Assembly: GCF_009914755.1 (NCBI RefSeq) | Contig: NC_060930.1 | Source of the DNA: the human T2T-CHM13v2.0 reference genome, Homo sapiens | DNA length: 64,000 bases | Reading direction: 5' to 3' (one strand) | Part shown: one piece after another, positions 1 through 12,009 of the stretch | Position numbering within the stretch: position 1 is the stretch's first letter | Layout of the letters: each line of letters begins with the position of its first letter | Program-made: the position numbers and the translations under genes | Notes under the pieces: generated by a model | What the model saw: the letters and a program-made list of their open reading frames with translations, nothing else | Told to the model about the DNA's origin: nothing | Database searches by the model: none

Positions 1-24
1 GGCTCTGATAAGCTTTCTCAACTC

Positions 25-98
25 ATGGTTACTACAGACCTTCGATTTGTAAAAAAATGCATTATCTGTGAAGTATGATTTAAAAAAGTATGCCCATA
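25..98 (+). mobile_element. Tigger1 (TcMar-Tigger DNA transposon) 3' terminal fragment
   Basis: ACCTTCGATTTGTAAAAAAATGCATTATCTGTGAAG...AAAAAAGTATGCC resembles the recalled Tigger1 right end and TIR; degraded. Confidence 0.6.
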
Positions 99-129
99 GT
101 TTGGTTCCAGGACTAGCTAGTCTCTAATA

Positions 130-400
130 ACTAGCTCTACTGGTTATATTTTGAATTCTTTGGGATTTTCTATATACAAGATCATGTCTTCTAATAAAAG
201 AGATTGTTTTATTTTGCCTTTCCAAATTGCTTTCTCTTGCCCAATTGCTTTGGCTAAAACTTCCAGTACGATGTTGAATGACAGTGGTGAAAATAGACAT
301 CCATTATGATCCTAATCTTAGGGGATAAACATGTAATGTTTATAAACAGTGTTGTTAACTGAAGCATTTTTTCTTCCTTATTCTAGATTTATTGAAAATA
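130..400 (-). mobile_element. Old L1M ORF2 (RT region) fragment
   Basis: TTTGGGATTTTCTATATACAAGATCATGTC...GGCTAAAACTTCCAGTACGATGTTGAAT...AGTGGTGAAAATAGACATCC is typical antisense L1 ORF2. Confidence 0.75.
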
Positions 401-1372
401 AATAGTAGATTTATAGAAGGCAAGGATAAACATACAGATTCCTGCCATGTTAATATGTAATTTAACAACAAAATTATATGTCTGCTGCTAGATATGATAG
501 AATAAAAATGATATTGCATTACTAATTTAACTGGAATCTATTTTATTATTAGTGAGGTTGAATATCTTTTATGTTTCTTGTGTGTATTCTTTTGTTAACA
601 TCTCATACATTTTCCTATTTTTATTTTCATGTTTGTCTTTTAATATGCAAGTTTTTATATTGACTATTAACTTTTACCCATCTTATGTCTTGCAAAAGTC
701 TTTCCTAGTATGACTTTTTTAAAAATGCCTTTCCATATAGTTTTAAAATTCTGTGGCATAAAATTTTTTATCTTTCATTTTATTCTTTCAGACTACGTGT
801 CCTACTTTAAAAGTCCTATGTGGGTATAATAAAAAATGAGTAATATTAGGTTAATCTACCAAATATTTTTTGAAAATTTGACAAACCCTTGAAATCCAAA
901 ATGCAAAAGTATTTTATATCAATTACCAGTTTTAAATTAGGAGTCACATTTATTGTAAAAATAAACAATTTTTGATACTTGGAGAAAACAAAAAAGCATT
1001 CGATACAAGTAGTCCAAACAATTAGAAATTTTATTTCACATGCACAGTTTAGATATTACTTTATAAGGGGAAAACAGATACTTGAGTATGACATGGAGAA
1101 TTGTGACTTTGGAGGGTGGCAGCTTCTTAGCATGATTTCTTTTAAACTTCTGGTATAATCCTGTGACATTTCTGTAAATGACTACCACTGGAATCCTTTT
1201 TTGTGGCCCAGGTATTGACTTTCAGAACCCCTCATTAAAACATAGTTATGGCATCAGTCTATTACCAGTCCATAACATTATTACACTTATCCTGGGAAAA
1301 TAGGAAATACAAAAAAATTAATCCCTATTTAGAAATCTCTGCATAGCAGATATGATTGTGTTTTACGTACAT

Positions 1373-2034
<662 letters not shown>

Positions 2035-2054
2035 GACATACATTAACTTTTAAT

Positions 2055-2225
2055 GATCACATAATCCTAATTAAGATATGCAGATAATATTAAATAGCCA
2101 CATGTGATGCATGAGGAAACTAAGGATAGTGTGGTTTAAATAATTTTCTCAAGGTGACAGAGCTATTCTTTTAGAAAGTCAGTATTCATACCTGGGCAAT
2201 TTGGCTCTAGGCTCTATGCTTCCCA
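2055..2225 (-). mobile_element. MIR SINE
   Basis: MIR core ATGAGGAAACTAAGG...TTTTCTCAAGGTGACAGAGCTA...CCTGGGCAATTTGGCTCTAG. Confidence 0.75.
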
Positions 2226-3547
2226 CTTGACTGGCCAGTTTTGATTCAGGAAATATTCTGAGCACAATGTGCTCAAAAAAGAAGAGACTCAACTCTGATT
2301 AGAATAGAAACAGTGAATTCAGACTTTGAAAGATAGTGTAAAATCAAGGCCTCTAAATGTGTTCCAGATGTGGTACTATCCTTAATGAGAGAATGTGTAA
2401 TTGTTTCAGATGTTGGTCATGGAGCACAGTGAATTTGGTAATTATTGACCCAACACAGGTGCTGTACAATACAGGTACTACAACTCGATTAAAATTAGCA
2501 AAGACTTTAAAATTGTTAGCTTGCAAATATAAAGATAATCAAGGAATTTGAAACCAATAAGAGGAATTAAGATACTAACCTGTAGGGATATATATGTTTC
2601 CTACCAAATAATTAGATCTTAGTAGAAAATGTATTAGCTCTATGTTCATCTCAGTGAAGACCTATGGCTCACAGAGCTGGAGGCATCAGAAGGTGACTGG
2701 GGAAGAGTTTGTCAGTACAGGCTTTGCAGACCTTTACTGTCTCATTTAACACTAGACATGTTCTTCAGCTATTCTGTGTGTAGGTAGTGAAGGATTTGCA
2801 ATCAGAAGGAAGTGATCTCAAATGCAATGACTTTGCACAAGTCTGTTAATGTCTTAAAGTGTTATATAGCACTTGTTTTATGTTGTAGGATCAAATAATG
2901 TAAACAATTGATAGAAATGTAAAGCTCTATGCATTTCTAATTACTTTGGTAATTAAAGTTTAAATCAAGAACCAGAGAAGTTACAAAATTACAGTTGAGA
3001 GGAAAAGGAGGGGAGAGGAAGCAGAAAGGCAGTGAGCAGACAGCAGAGGGACTGCTGGGAGAGCAGTAGGCACTCAAGGCGCATCTGCTCCATTTCACCC
3101 ATTACCCATGGGTAGGCGCTGGATATTGGGCCTTTTATCCACAGAATTACTTTCTGAGGGGAAATGTAACTGTGACTGTTATGTTGGTTTCTTTTCCTGT
3201 GAAGCAATGTGCAAACATCAAAGAAGGTTTCTATTAGAATCAAAGTACTCCTTGATTGCAAACCTTCTTAAATAATGGATGACACTTGAAGATGTTGGTT
3301 GTCATTTTTAATAATTAACTATGTCTAATTTTGGCAGTAACTGAAGCTTTATTTTCTGTAAGAGCTTGACAGATTACTTGACTTAGAGGAGCAAGAGATT
3401 TAGATATTGCGTAGTGCTGAGAGCCACAAATTCTGAATAAATTTCCCACTCTCTGTATGACATTTTCTTTTCAGGTGAAGTTTTCTCCTTTCATGGGTAA
3501 ATAGATTACAGGTAGATAGGTAGGCATGTAAGCAAATAGATATCTAC

Positions 3548-3594
3548 TGTGTGTGTGTGTGTGTGTATGTATCCAGATAGATAGATAGATAGAT
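3548..3594. repeat. (TG)9 plus (AGAT)5 microsatellites
   Basis: Read directly: TG x9 at 3548-3565, AGAT x5 at 3575-3594. Confidence 0.95.
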
Positions 3595-3882
3595 AGAGCT
3601 AAGATACAGATATAAATACCTAATTGTATTCTCATGCTGCCAATAAAGACTTACCTGAGACTGGGTAATTTAACAAGGAAAGAGGTTTAATTGACTTACA
3701 ATCCCACATGGCTGGGAAGACTCATAATCATGGTGAAAGGCAGGCAAAGGAGGAGCAAAGTCATGTCTTACATGGCAGCAGACAAGAGAGTGTGTGTAGG
3801 GGAACTCCCCTTCATAAAACAATCAGCTCTCCTGAGACTTATTCACTACCATGAGAACAGCATGGGAAAAAACCCACCCCTA

Positions 3883-3893
3883 TGATTCAATTA
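3883..3893 (-). promoter_or_regulatory. DUX4-type double-homeobox motif TAATTGAATCA in THE1 LTR
   Basis: Plus strand reads TGATTCAATTA; THE1/MaLR LTRs are established DUX4 targets; activity of this copy is not shown. Confidence 0.5.
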
Positions 3894-4717
3894 CCTCCCA
3901 CCAGTTCCCTCCCATGACACCTGAGAATTATGGGAGCTACAATTCAAGATGAGATTTGGGTGGGGACACAGCCAAACCATATCATTCCACCCCTGGCCCC
4001 TCTCAAATCTCATGTCCTCACATTTCAAAACCAATCATGCCTTCCCAGCAGTCCCCAAAGTCTTAACTCATTTCAGCATTAAATCAGAAGTCAAGAGTCC
4101 AAAGTCTCATCTGAGACAAGGCAAGTCCTTTCTACCTATGAGCCTGTAAAATCAAAAGCAAGTTAGTTACTTCCAAGAGGTGGGCTCCCATGGCCTTTGA
4201 AAGCTCTGCCCCTGTGGCTTCGCTGGGTACAGCCTCCCTCCTGGCTGCTTTCATGGGCTGGCATTGAATGCCTGTGGCTTTTCCAGGTGCATGGTACAAA
4301 CAGTTGGTGGATCTACTATCGTGGGGTCTGGAGGATGGTGGCCCTCTTTTCACAGCTCCACTAGGCAGTGTCTCAGTGGGGACTCTGTGAGGGGGCTTTG
4401 ACTCTGCAATTTCAGCCTACACTGCCCTAGCAGAGGTTCTCCATGAAGGTTCTGCCGCTGCAGCACACCTCAGCCTGGACATCCAAGCATTTCCATACAT
4501 CCTCTGAAATCTAGGCAGAGGTTCCCAAACCTCAATTCTTGACTTCTGTGTACCTGCAGGCTCAACACCATATGGAAGCTGCCAAGGTTTGGGGCTTGCA
4601 TCCTCTGAAACCATGGCCCCAGCTGCACCTTGGGGCCTTTTTAGCAATGGCTGGGATGCAGGGCATCAAGTTCCAAGACTGCACAAAGCAGCAAGGCCCT
4701 GGGTGTGGCCCAGGAAA

Positions 4718-5320
4718 TCATTTTTTTCCTCCTAGGCCTCTGGGTCTATAATGGGAGGGGATTCCATGAAGACCTATGACATGCCTTGGAGACATTTTCC
4801 TTATTGTCTTGGTGATTAACATTTGGCCCCTCATTTTGCAAATTTCTGCAGCTGGCTTAAATTTCTCCTCAGAAAATGGGTTTTTGTTTTCTACCACATC
4901 ATCAGGCTGCAAATTTTCTGAACTTTTATGCTCTGCTTGCCTTTTAAACATAAGTTCCAATTCCAAACCATATCTCTGTGAATAAATAAAATGGAATACT
5001 TCTAACAGAATGAAAGTCACCTCTTGAATGCTTTGCTGCTTAGAAATTTCTTCCACCAGATACCCTAAATCATCTTTCTCAAGTTCAAAGTTCCATAAAT
5101 CTCTAGGACATGGGCCAAATGTTGCCGGTCTTTTTGCTAAACCATAGAAAGTGTGACCTTTGCTCCGGCTCCCAACAGGTTTCTCATCTCCTTCTGAGAC
5201 CACCTCAGCCTGGACTTTACTGTCCATATCACTATCAGCATTTTGGTCAAAGCCATTCAACAAGTCTCTAAGAAGCTCCAAGCTTTCCCACATCTTTGTG
5301 TCTTCTTCTGAGCCCTTCAA
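4718..5320 (-). pseudogene. Remnant of MaLR (THE1-int) internal ORF
   Basis: 200-codon open stretch with TTG start (MWESLELLRDLLNGFDQNADSDMD...CPRDLWNFELEKDDLGYLVEEISKQQS); homologous to the broken ORFs at 53361-53597 and 53749-54300. Confidence 0.75.
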
Positions 5321-8300
5321 ACTGTTCCAACCTCTTCCTGTTACCCAGTTCCAAAGTCACTTCCACATTTTCAGTTATCTTTAGAGCAGCACCGCACCCT
5401 ACCAGTACCAATTTACTGTATTAGTCTGTTCTCTAATAAAGACATACATGAGAGTGGGTAATTTATAAAGGAAAGAGGTTTAATTGTCTCACAGGCTAGG
5501 GAGACCTCACGATCATGGTGGAAGGCAAAGGAGGAGCAAAGGCATGTCTTACTTGGCAGCAGGCAAGAGAGCATGTGCAGGGGAACTCTCCTTTATAAAA
5601 CCATCGTATCTCATGAGACTCATTCACTATCATGAGAACAGCATGAGAAAAACCTGTTCCCATGATTCAGTTACCTCCCACTGAGTCTCTCCCATGACAT
5701 GTGGGAATTATGGGAGCTACAACTCAAGATGAGATTTGGGTGGGGATACAGCCAAACAATATCACTAATTAAGCATTATAATAATGAATAGCTTGATAAT
5801 TACAAATATTTTTAAAAACAAGTCATTATGAGTTACTTGGAATAATCCATAATTGTTACTATATTGTACCATAGACAAAGACTTTGTCTTATTCAACTCT
5901 GTATTCTTTGAAATTATTAGTAAAATATTTTAAACACAACAAGTCCTCACTAATTTGGTGTGTTGGATTGATTTTTTAATGCTGTTATCCAAGTGATTAA
6001 TGAAATTAAATTTTACTTATATTTTTATTTGGGAAAATTCAATTCAGTACCAGGTGGTTTTATTTGAAAAGAAGCCAATAAACTACCCTGAACATTTTGA
6101 GAGTAGACCTGTCTATATCCATATATTAATGTTTGACCTGAAACTAATACACCTGATTGAGAAAATAATTAAGGTGTCAGATGGTAAGTGTATTTTATTT
6201 AATAAACATTGATATTGGACATCCATGTGAGGTATTGTTGTAACTTAAAATATTGGGAAAATGTAGCTCAGACAGATATATATATAGGCAAACATACAGA
6301 TGAGAAGTCTGAAAATATGCCCTATGTTCCTACTGTTTTCAAACTATAGTTATTAGTAGATTTTGTGCCATGTATTAGAACTAGCCCTAAAGCCTAAGTA
6401 TTACTGAAATCAGAATGTTAAATATGTGAAAGATGTATTTTTGTGAGATGAGGAATTAATTATTATTTTATTTTAGTGCTAGGCTACTTATCCATGAGCT
6501 TTATCTACTTTTAAAAATGTAATTTGAGAATTATGGCTGTTTATGGATGTGTGAAAGTAGGAATATTCATATTGCATTGGGGTTAAGCAATCAGAGACCC
6601 CATTTTTGCAGGTCTCAACATAAAAGAGGCTGAATATAATAATTGAAGGAGAAAATAAAGATATTGGAAGTTGCAGTTATAAGCAAGGCATAAATTTAGA
6701 AGTAAATAGGCATTACACATGTATATAAATAATGTTGGTTGTTACTAAGTGCTTGTCTATTTTGTTTATATTACACTTCTATTACTAATAAAAGTATAGC
6801 AATATAAATTATAATTTATGATGAACAAGCTTCAAAATCATGATCAGTCTGTGAGTAAATTATTAGATAGAGTATAGTCTCTGTATTGAGCATGTTAATT
6901 ACATTTGAAAACTTAATCCTTGAGTATATGTTTCCTACATGACATAGCCTCATTATTTTCTCAAGATATATGTTTATATTTAGTAATGATGGATAATCAG
7001 TAATTTCCATGTTAATGTTTATTGGAATATTTTTCTAAAAGAGAAAAAAACACTCTTTTTTCTTCAACAACTATTACTGATGTAACATCCTTTGATAGTT
7101 TTCAAGGGTACATTTTATATCCCTCCTAATAAACTGAAATGCTGGGTTTCATCTAGGAAATCTCATGCCCTGCAAGTTTTTTCATATAACTATAAAATAT
7201 CAGAATGTGGTAGATTTTTTATGTGCTGATTTCATGAATCTCATTAGAAAATCCTGTTACTTTTTTGAGATTGAAATTTTACACTGCTACCTTTGTTACA
7301 GAAGATGATTTTTTAAAATGCGTTTTTGATTATCATGTAGAACTACAGAAATAGTGATGAATAGAGACATCTGCCAGCACACATACAGATTGATAATGAC
7401 TTTATTTGTACTTTGGCCTAATGTGTATCCTGACAGATCATCAAAACAAGAAAAGAAAGAGCTCAGCAGACAGTAAGAAATGGCCAGATGCTCACAGAAT
7501 GATGAAAAGTCATTGTCTCTTATCTTTTAATGTTCAAATTATGCAAAGAAGACACTTTTATTATAAATTTTAAAAGGAATCTAACTTATCAAACTTAACT
7601 GCTACTTCAGGGATATGCCAAACATTCTGGTCTCGAAATGTTTGGTTCTCTTCATCTTCTGTGTTCATCCTCTCCTTTTTCACTATCAGCCTTTCTGCAA
7701 ACTAGATGTTATCTCTACCTGGGAACCTTGAAGATCTCAAGGGCTCCCAAACCATTTTGTAACTGTTTCCCTACATTTACCTTAGTCTTAAAAACCTCTC
7801 TAATACATTCATTATTTCTGGATCCCTCCTTATGTTTTAGCCTGTCTAACTCCTTCTAGCAACAAAATGTAATGTTTATGTCATTCTGGGCCTCATAAGT
7901 CATTTGGCACTGTACTCACCACCACCCGAAGAGTCCCTTAATATCTTGGTGAAGATATAGCTGGTATCTTGGTACAGCACTGAGTATCCCTCACTATCTG
8001 TACTCTCTGACTGCCCTCCCAGGGAACAGAGAAAAGTAATAAGACTAAGCTAATGGATTCACTATAAAATCACTCATTTTCATAATTGATTGATTTAATT
8101 CTGGGGGAAGAAACAACAGGTCTGTGTTTTAACTTTCAAGACTAAAGAGATGTTCTCCTAATTTTGAAAAACATCCCAGATCAACAAAATATCTTTATTT
8201 AGTCCCAGAATCAAAGGGAATGGACAAATCTAAACCAAATCCTTGTTAAATACAGACTTACATGATCATCTTGCATTTTTTTTCAGCAACTGTTAACCAT

Positions 8301-9447
8301 GGATTTTAGTGGATGGAACAGTAGACTGGTGACAAGGGAATTAATTAGTAGAAAATTGAATTAATTATTACATAATATACATCTATTTCTATCATTAGTT
8401 GGAAGAACAAATGGAAACATTTTCTTCATATTCAAATTTATGACATACTAATTTTCCTGCCTTGAAGTACATCATTTACTCTATTTTTATGTTCATTAGC
8501 TTCCAATATAATGATTTAAATGTAAAACATATCTATGTATGTACTATTTCTAGACACTTTGGCTTTAGACAATGAAAGTCATAGCAATTCTACTATATTT
8601 GATGTCTTCAACTTGAACTGGACTCTTTCATATTATGAAACTTTCAGATATATTATTATCGTACAGTAGTTTTGTGCAAGTAACTTATTCATTTCATTAT
8701 AACTGTATTAAAAACAAAACATTTTCAATTTTCACCTAATGCGGTTTAAAATTATGAGTTCTGATTCTTTGGTGAATTCTACAAATTAGAGAAGTCACAG
8801 AAGTACTGTGTGTCAGCTACAAAGCCCTAGGGACTTAAACAGAAAACCATCTCCCACCAAACCATAAAAATAAATGCTGATACAAAGAATGTTTTGTATG
8901 CTCAAAGAAAGATGAACTTATATAATGAACAATAAAAGACTGTGTCTACTGTCTTTCTCTTTCTACACTAATTGCTTTTATAACAAATCAAAATGTCTAA
9001 TATATATGATTATTTAATAAGAACAATTCCTTTGAAGTTATTCCTGAAAATCCAAGAAAGTAGAAGTCCTCTCCCTTCAAATACTTCATGAAATAGCATT
9101 TTGTGTGTACAAATATACTTTTTATTTATTCACACTAAGTGAAAGCTCTTAATGATAGCCCAGTTTCACAGCTTCTTCTTTTTATGGTTAAACACATCTG
9201 TTTGTTTATTGACTCTCCTTTTTGGAATTAGGTTATGGGAGTTCTTAGTATGACAGTTTTAGATATGATACAGAAATAATACCAACATCAAATAATTTAG
9301 GGGAAACGTGGAAATGGAAATGACTAACATTTCCCCTTTGAATATAATTTTGTTAGAAGACAAAATAAAGCTTAGTATATTATTATATAAAGCATTTGCT
9401 TGTTACCCAAAATAGGAACCGTAGAAGCTCGGAAAAAAGAAAACTGG

Positions 9448-9879
9448 GGGCTCCTACCTGTAATTCCAGTGCTTTGGGAGGCCAAGTCAGAAGGATTACT
9501 TGAGGCCAGGAGTTAGAGACCAGCCTAGGCAACATAGTAAGACCCTGTCTTTACAAAAAATAAAAAAAAGAAAAGAAAGGAAGGAAGGAAGGGAGGGAGG
9601 GAGGGAGGGAAAGAAAGAAAGGAAGGAAGGAAGGAAAGAAGGAAAGAAGGAAGGAAGGAAGGAAAGAGAGAGAAAGGAAAGAAAGAAAAGAAAAAAGAAA
9701 AGAAAAGGAGAAAGAAAGAGAGAGAGAGAATAGCTGGGCATGGTGGTGTATGCCAGTAGTCCTAGCTACCAGGGAGGCTGAGGTGGGAGGACCACTTGAG
9801 CACAGGAGTTCCAGGTGCATTGAGCTGTGATTATGTAACTGCACTCCAGCCTGAGCAACAGAGCAAGCCCCGTCTTTAA
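9448..9879 (+). mobile_element. AluJ with expanded purine microsatellite in the middle A-rich linker
   Basis: J-type left arm (TTGAGGCCAGGAGTT...GCAACATAGTAAGACC) and right arm (GGAGGACCACTTGAGCACAGGAG); probable TSD AGAAAA(C/T)TGG at 9438-9447 and 9884-9893. Confidence 0.9.
9562..9730. repeat. 169-bp uninterrupted polypurine tract (GGAA/GGGA/GAAA/GA compound repeat)
   Basis: Only A and G between 9562 and 9730. Confidence 0.95.
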
Positions 9880-10954
9880 GAGGAGAAAATTGGAAAGTTT
9901 TCCACAGTGAACCTTGAGAGAATATCAGGAGACACAATGAAGGAGGTCAAGGGAAATGTGAGGGAGCTTATGACCCTTAAGGAAATTCGATGAAACTATG
10001 CAGGTTTATGACAGTCCTTGCCAATCAAGTGAAGCATTTGAAAGTATGCACCTGTGTCTAGGAAATCTATCAGATACCAATATATGTGTTTTCTACCCTA
10101 ACCAATACTATTGCTTTCAACTTACTATGCCAAAAACTTTATTTAGTATTAAATTAATATGCCTACTGTGGAAAATGTCCATGTATTCATTTTAAATTAG
10201 CTAAAAAGCATAAGGAGACTTTAAGAAATGTTTACCTCTCTGTGAAAACAATATAAAATATATAAGCATTAGAGCCACCATGTCAGTTGCTATGCATTTC
10301 AGAATTATTCTCTTAAATATTTCATTATTGGGGCTGATTTTTATAATCCTTCTAGGATACCTTAAAACAGAGAATTTTTTCTGACAAGAAAAGTACTGAT
10401 GATTTTTTTAAAAATTTTTACTTAAACTGAACTCTATATTTGCTGGTGGCATGATGCTTTTTAGAGCAGTCTGTGGGATTTATCTATTCTATACCTTTCC
10501 ACATAGCTTTGTTACAACAGAGATGACTATAAAAATTTTAAGGATTTATTTTCTTTGTTTCCTTTTTTCTCAGTTCAGTGGAGTCTTTAATACTTTTCTT
10601 AATGTAGCCCTAGCTTTACCTAATGCTATGATAATGCTCACTAACCTGATATGGATGGATTAGAGATGACTTCATAACCTAACCTACCTTGGCATTTTAT
10701 TTGACTTTATGCCTACTAGTCATTCAAAGACGACTCAGAAAAACCAACATGATTTGAAAACATGTTCTTTTTATTCTGACTCTCAAATGTCATGCTAGTT
10801 TAAATTTTGGCATAGATAAAACCATTATGTCACATCATTAAGGGCTTTCTTTATTCTATAGCTCTTTTGTTTATTGCAGCCACCCATAGTCCAATTGGGT
10901 AGACAGGGCAGTTTCGGATAAGATCAAAAAGCATATTTTTGGTCTTATCCTAAA

Positions 10955-11050
10955 GTATGGGCCCTACTTTAGGCGTATTGAAGCAGAATTTCCGAAGGTA
11001 GGGCACAAGAAACTGCATTTTTAACACCATTCTCAACTGAAGTTTGATGA
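10955..11050 (+). mobile_element. MER5-type (hAT-Charlie) fragment
   Basis: GGGCCCTAC...TATTGAAGCAGAATTTCCGAAGGTAGGGCACAAGAAACTGCATTTTTAACA...AAGTTTGA resembles the MER5A right half. Confidence 0.6.
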
Positions 11051-11619
11051 CTTTTTGATAAACATGCTTATTTTCATTTCAAACTTAGTTAAAATTCTCT
11101 GTCTACCGTCCATTGCCTGACCCTCATCCTTTTTAACAACATAGTACATGCATTGGAAGTCACTTATGTCCACACAACTCTCTATTTTCAAGTTCAGTTT
11201 TCCTCTGCCATACCTTCTTTTTCCTCTTGACCCTCCTAAGTACTTTTACTAAGCTGTTTTGAATTCTTGCTCTGTCAAGGACTATCTATACATCCTTAAC
11301 TATCTTCTAGATTGTTTTAGTCATTTCCTCTTCTTAACCAAGATGTTATTCCATAAGAATGATGCTGTTTGATCTGAAACACTCTCAAAATGAAATTGTG
11401 TATTTTTGCCTGTCCATTGTGTCATGGAAGCAATAGATGGTCATTGCTTTCCTTATCTTTCCACCGTAGATCCAGTAGCCTTATTATTCCACATTACTTG
11501 AAGTAACATACAAATAATACATAAGCTTTTCAGAAGATGAAAATGCGCCACAGTTCTAGAGCTCAGGAGAAAAAATTTTAAACCTAGTGATTCTACACTT
11601 TGCCTGAATTTGGTCCGAT

Positions 11620-12009
11620 AGCATCATATCATGATTCAATCAGAGAAGTAAATTCAGTAGGAAATATATATTAAGAGATTGGTTGCAAAGAATTGGCTCA
11701 TCTGATTATGGGGACTAGCTGGGCAAGTTTGAAAACTATAGGGCAGGCTATCAGAAGGGGCAAACTTGAACTCTCAGCCACTGGCTGAAGCTTCTATCCA
11801 TTGGGAGAATTTCTTAAAGAGGTGTCAGCCTTGCCTTTCAATTGATTAAATTAAGCTCATCCAGATTATGTAAAATAATCTCTTTTACTCAAAGTTAACT
11901 GCTTATGGACTTTAATCACATTTATAAAATGCCTTCATGGTAACGCCTAGCTTAGTGTTTGATTGAATAACTGGCCTAGGCAAGTTAACATGTCAAAAAG
12001 ATCATCACA
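11620..12009 (-). mobile_element. MLT2-family (ERVL) solo LTR, old subfamily (MLT2D-like)
   Basis: AAGAATTGGCTCATCTGATTATGG...GTGTTTGATTGAATAACTGG...CAAGTTAACA...ATCATCACA end is characteristic of antisense MLT2. Confidence 0.75.

Larger units (their letters stand above)
3625..5764 (-). mobile_element. THE1C/D-type MaLR provirus: LTR 3625-3984, internal 3985-5416, LTR 5417-5764
   Basis: Two homologous LTRs (TGTATT...GCCAAACCATATCA) flank THE1-internal sequence; PPT next to 3985; 5-bp TSD CTAAT at 3620-3624 and 5765-5769. Confidence 0.95.

Noticed and set aside
2259-2275. Palindrome TGAGCACA-A-TGTGCTCA as a steroid response element
   Set aside because: The spacer is 1 nt rather than 3, and an 8-bp-arm palindrome is expected by chance in 64 kb.
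9496-9937. ORFs of 77-128 aa rich in K/E/R/G or F/L/S/P
   Set aside because: They are translations of the purine microsatellite and Alu arms.
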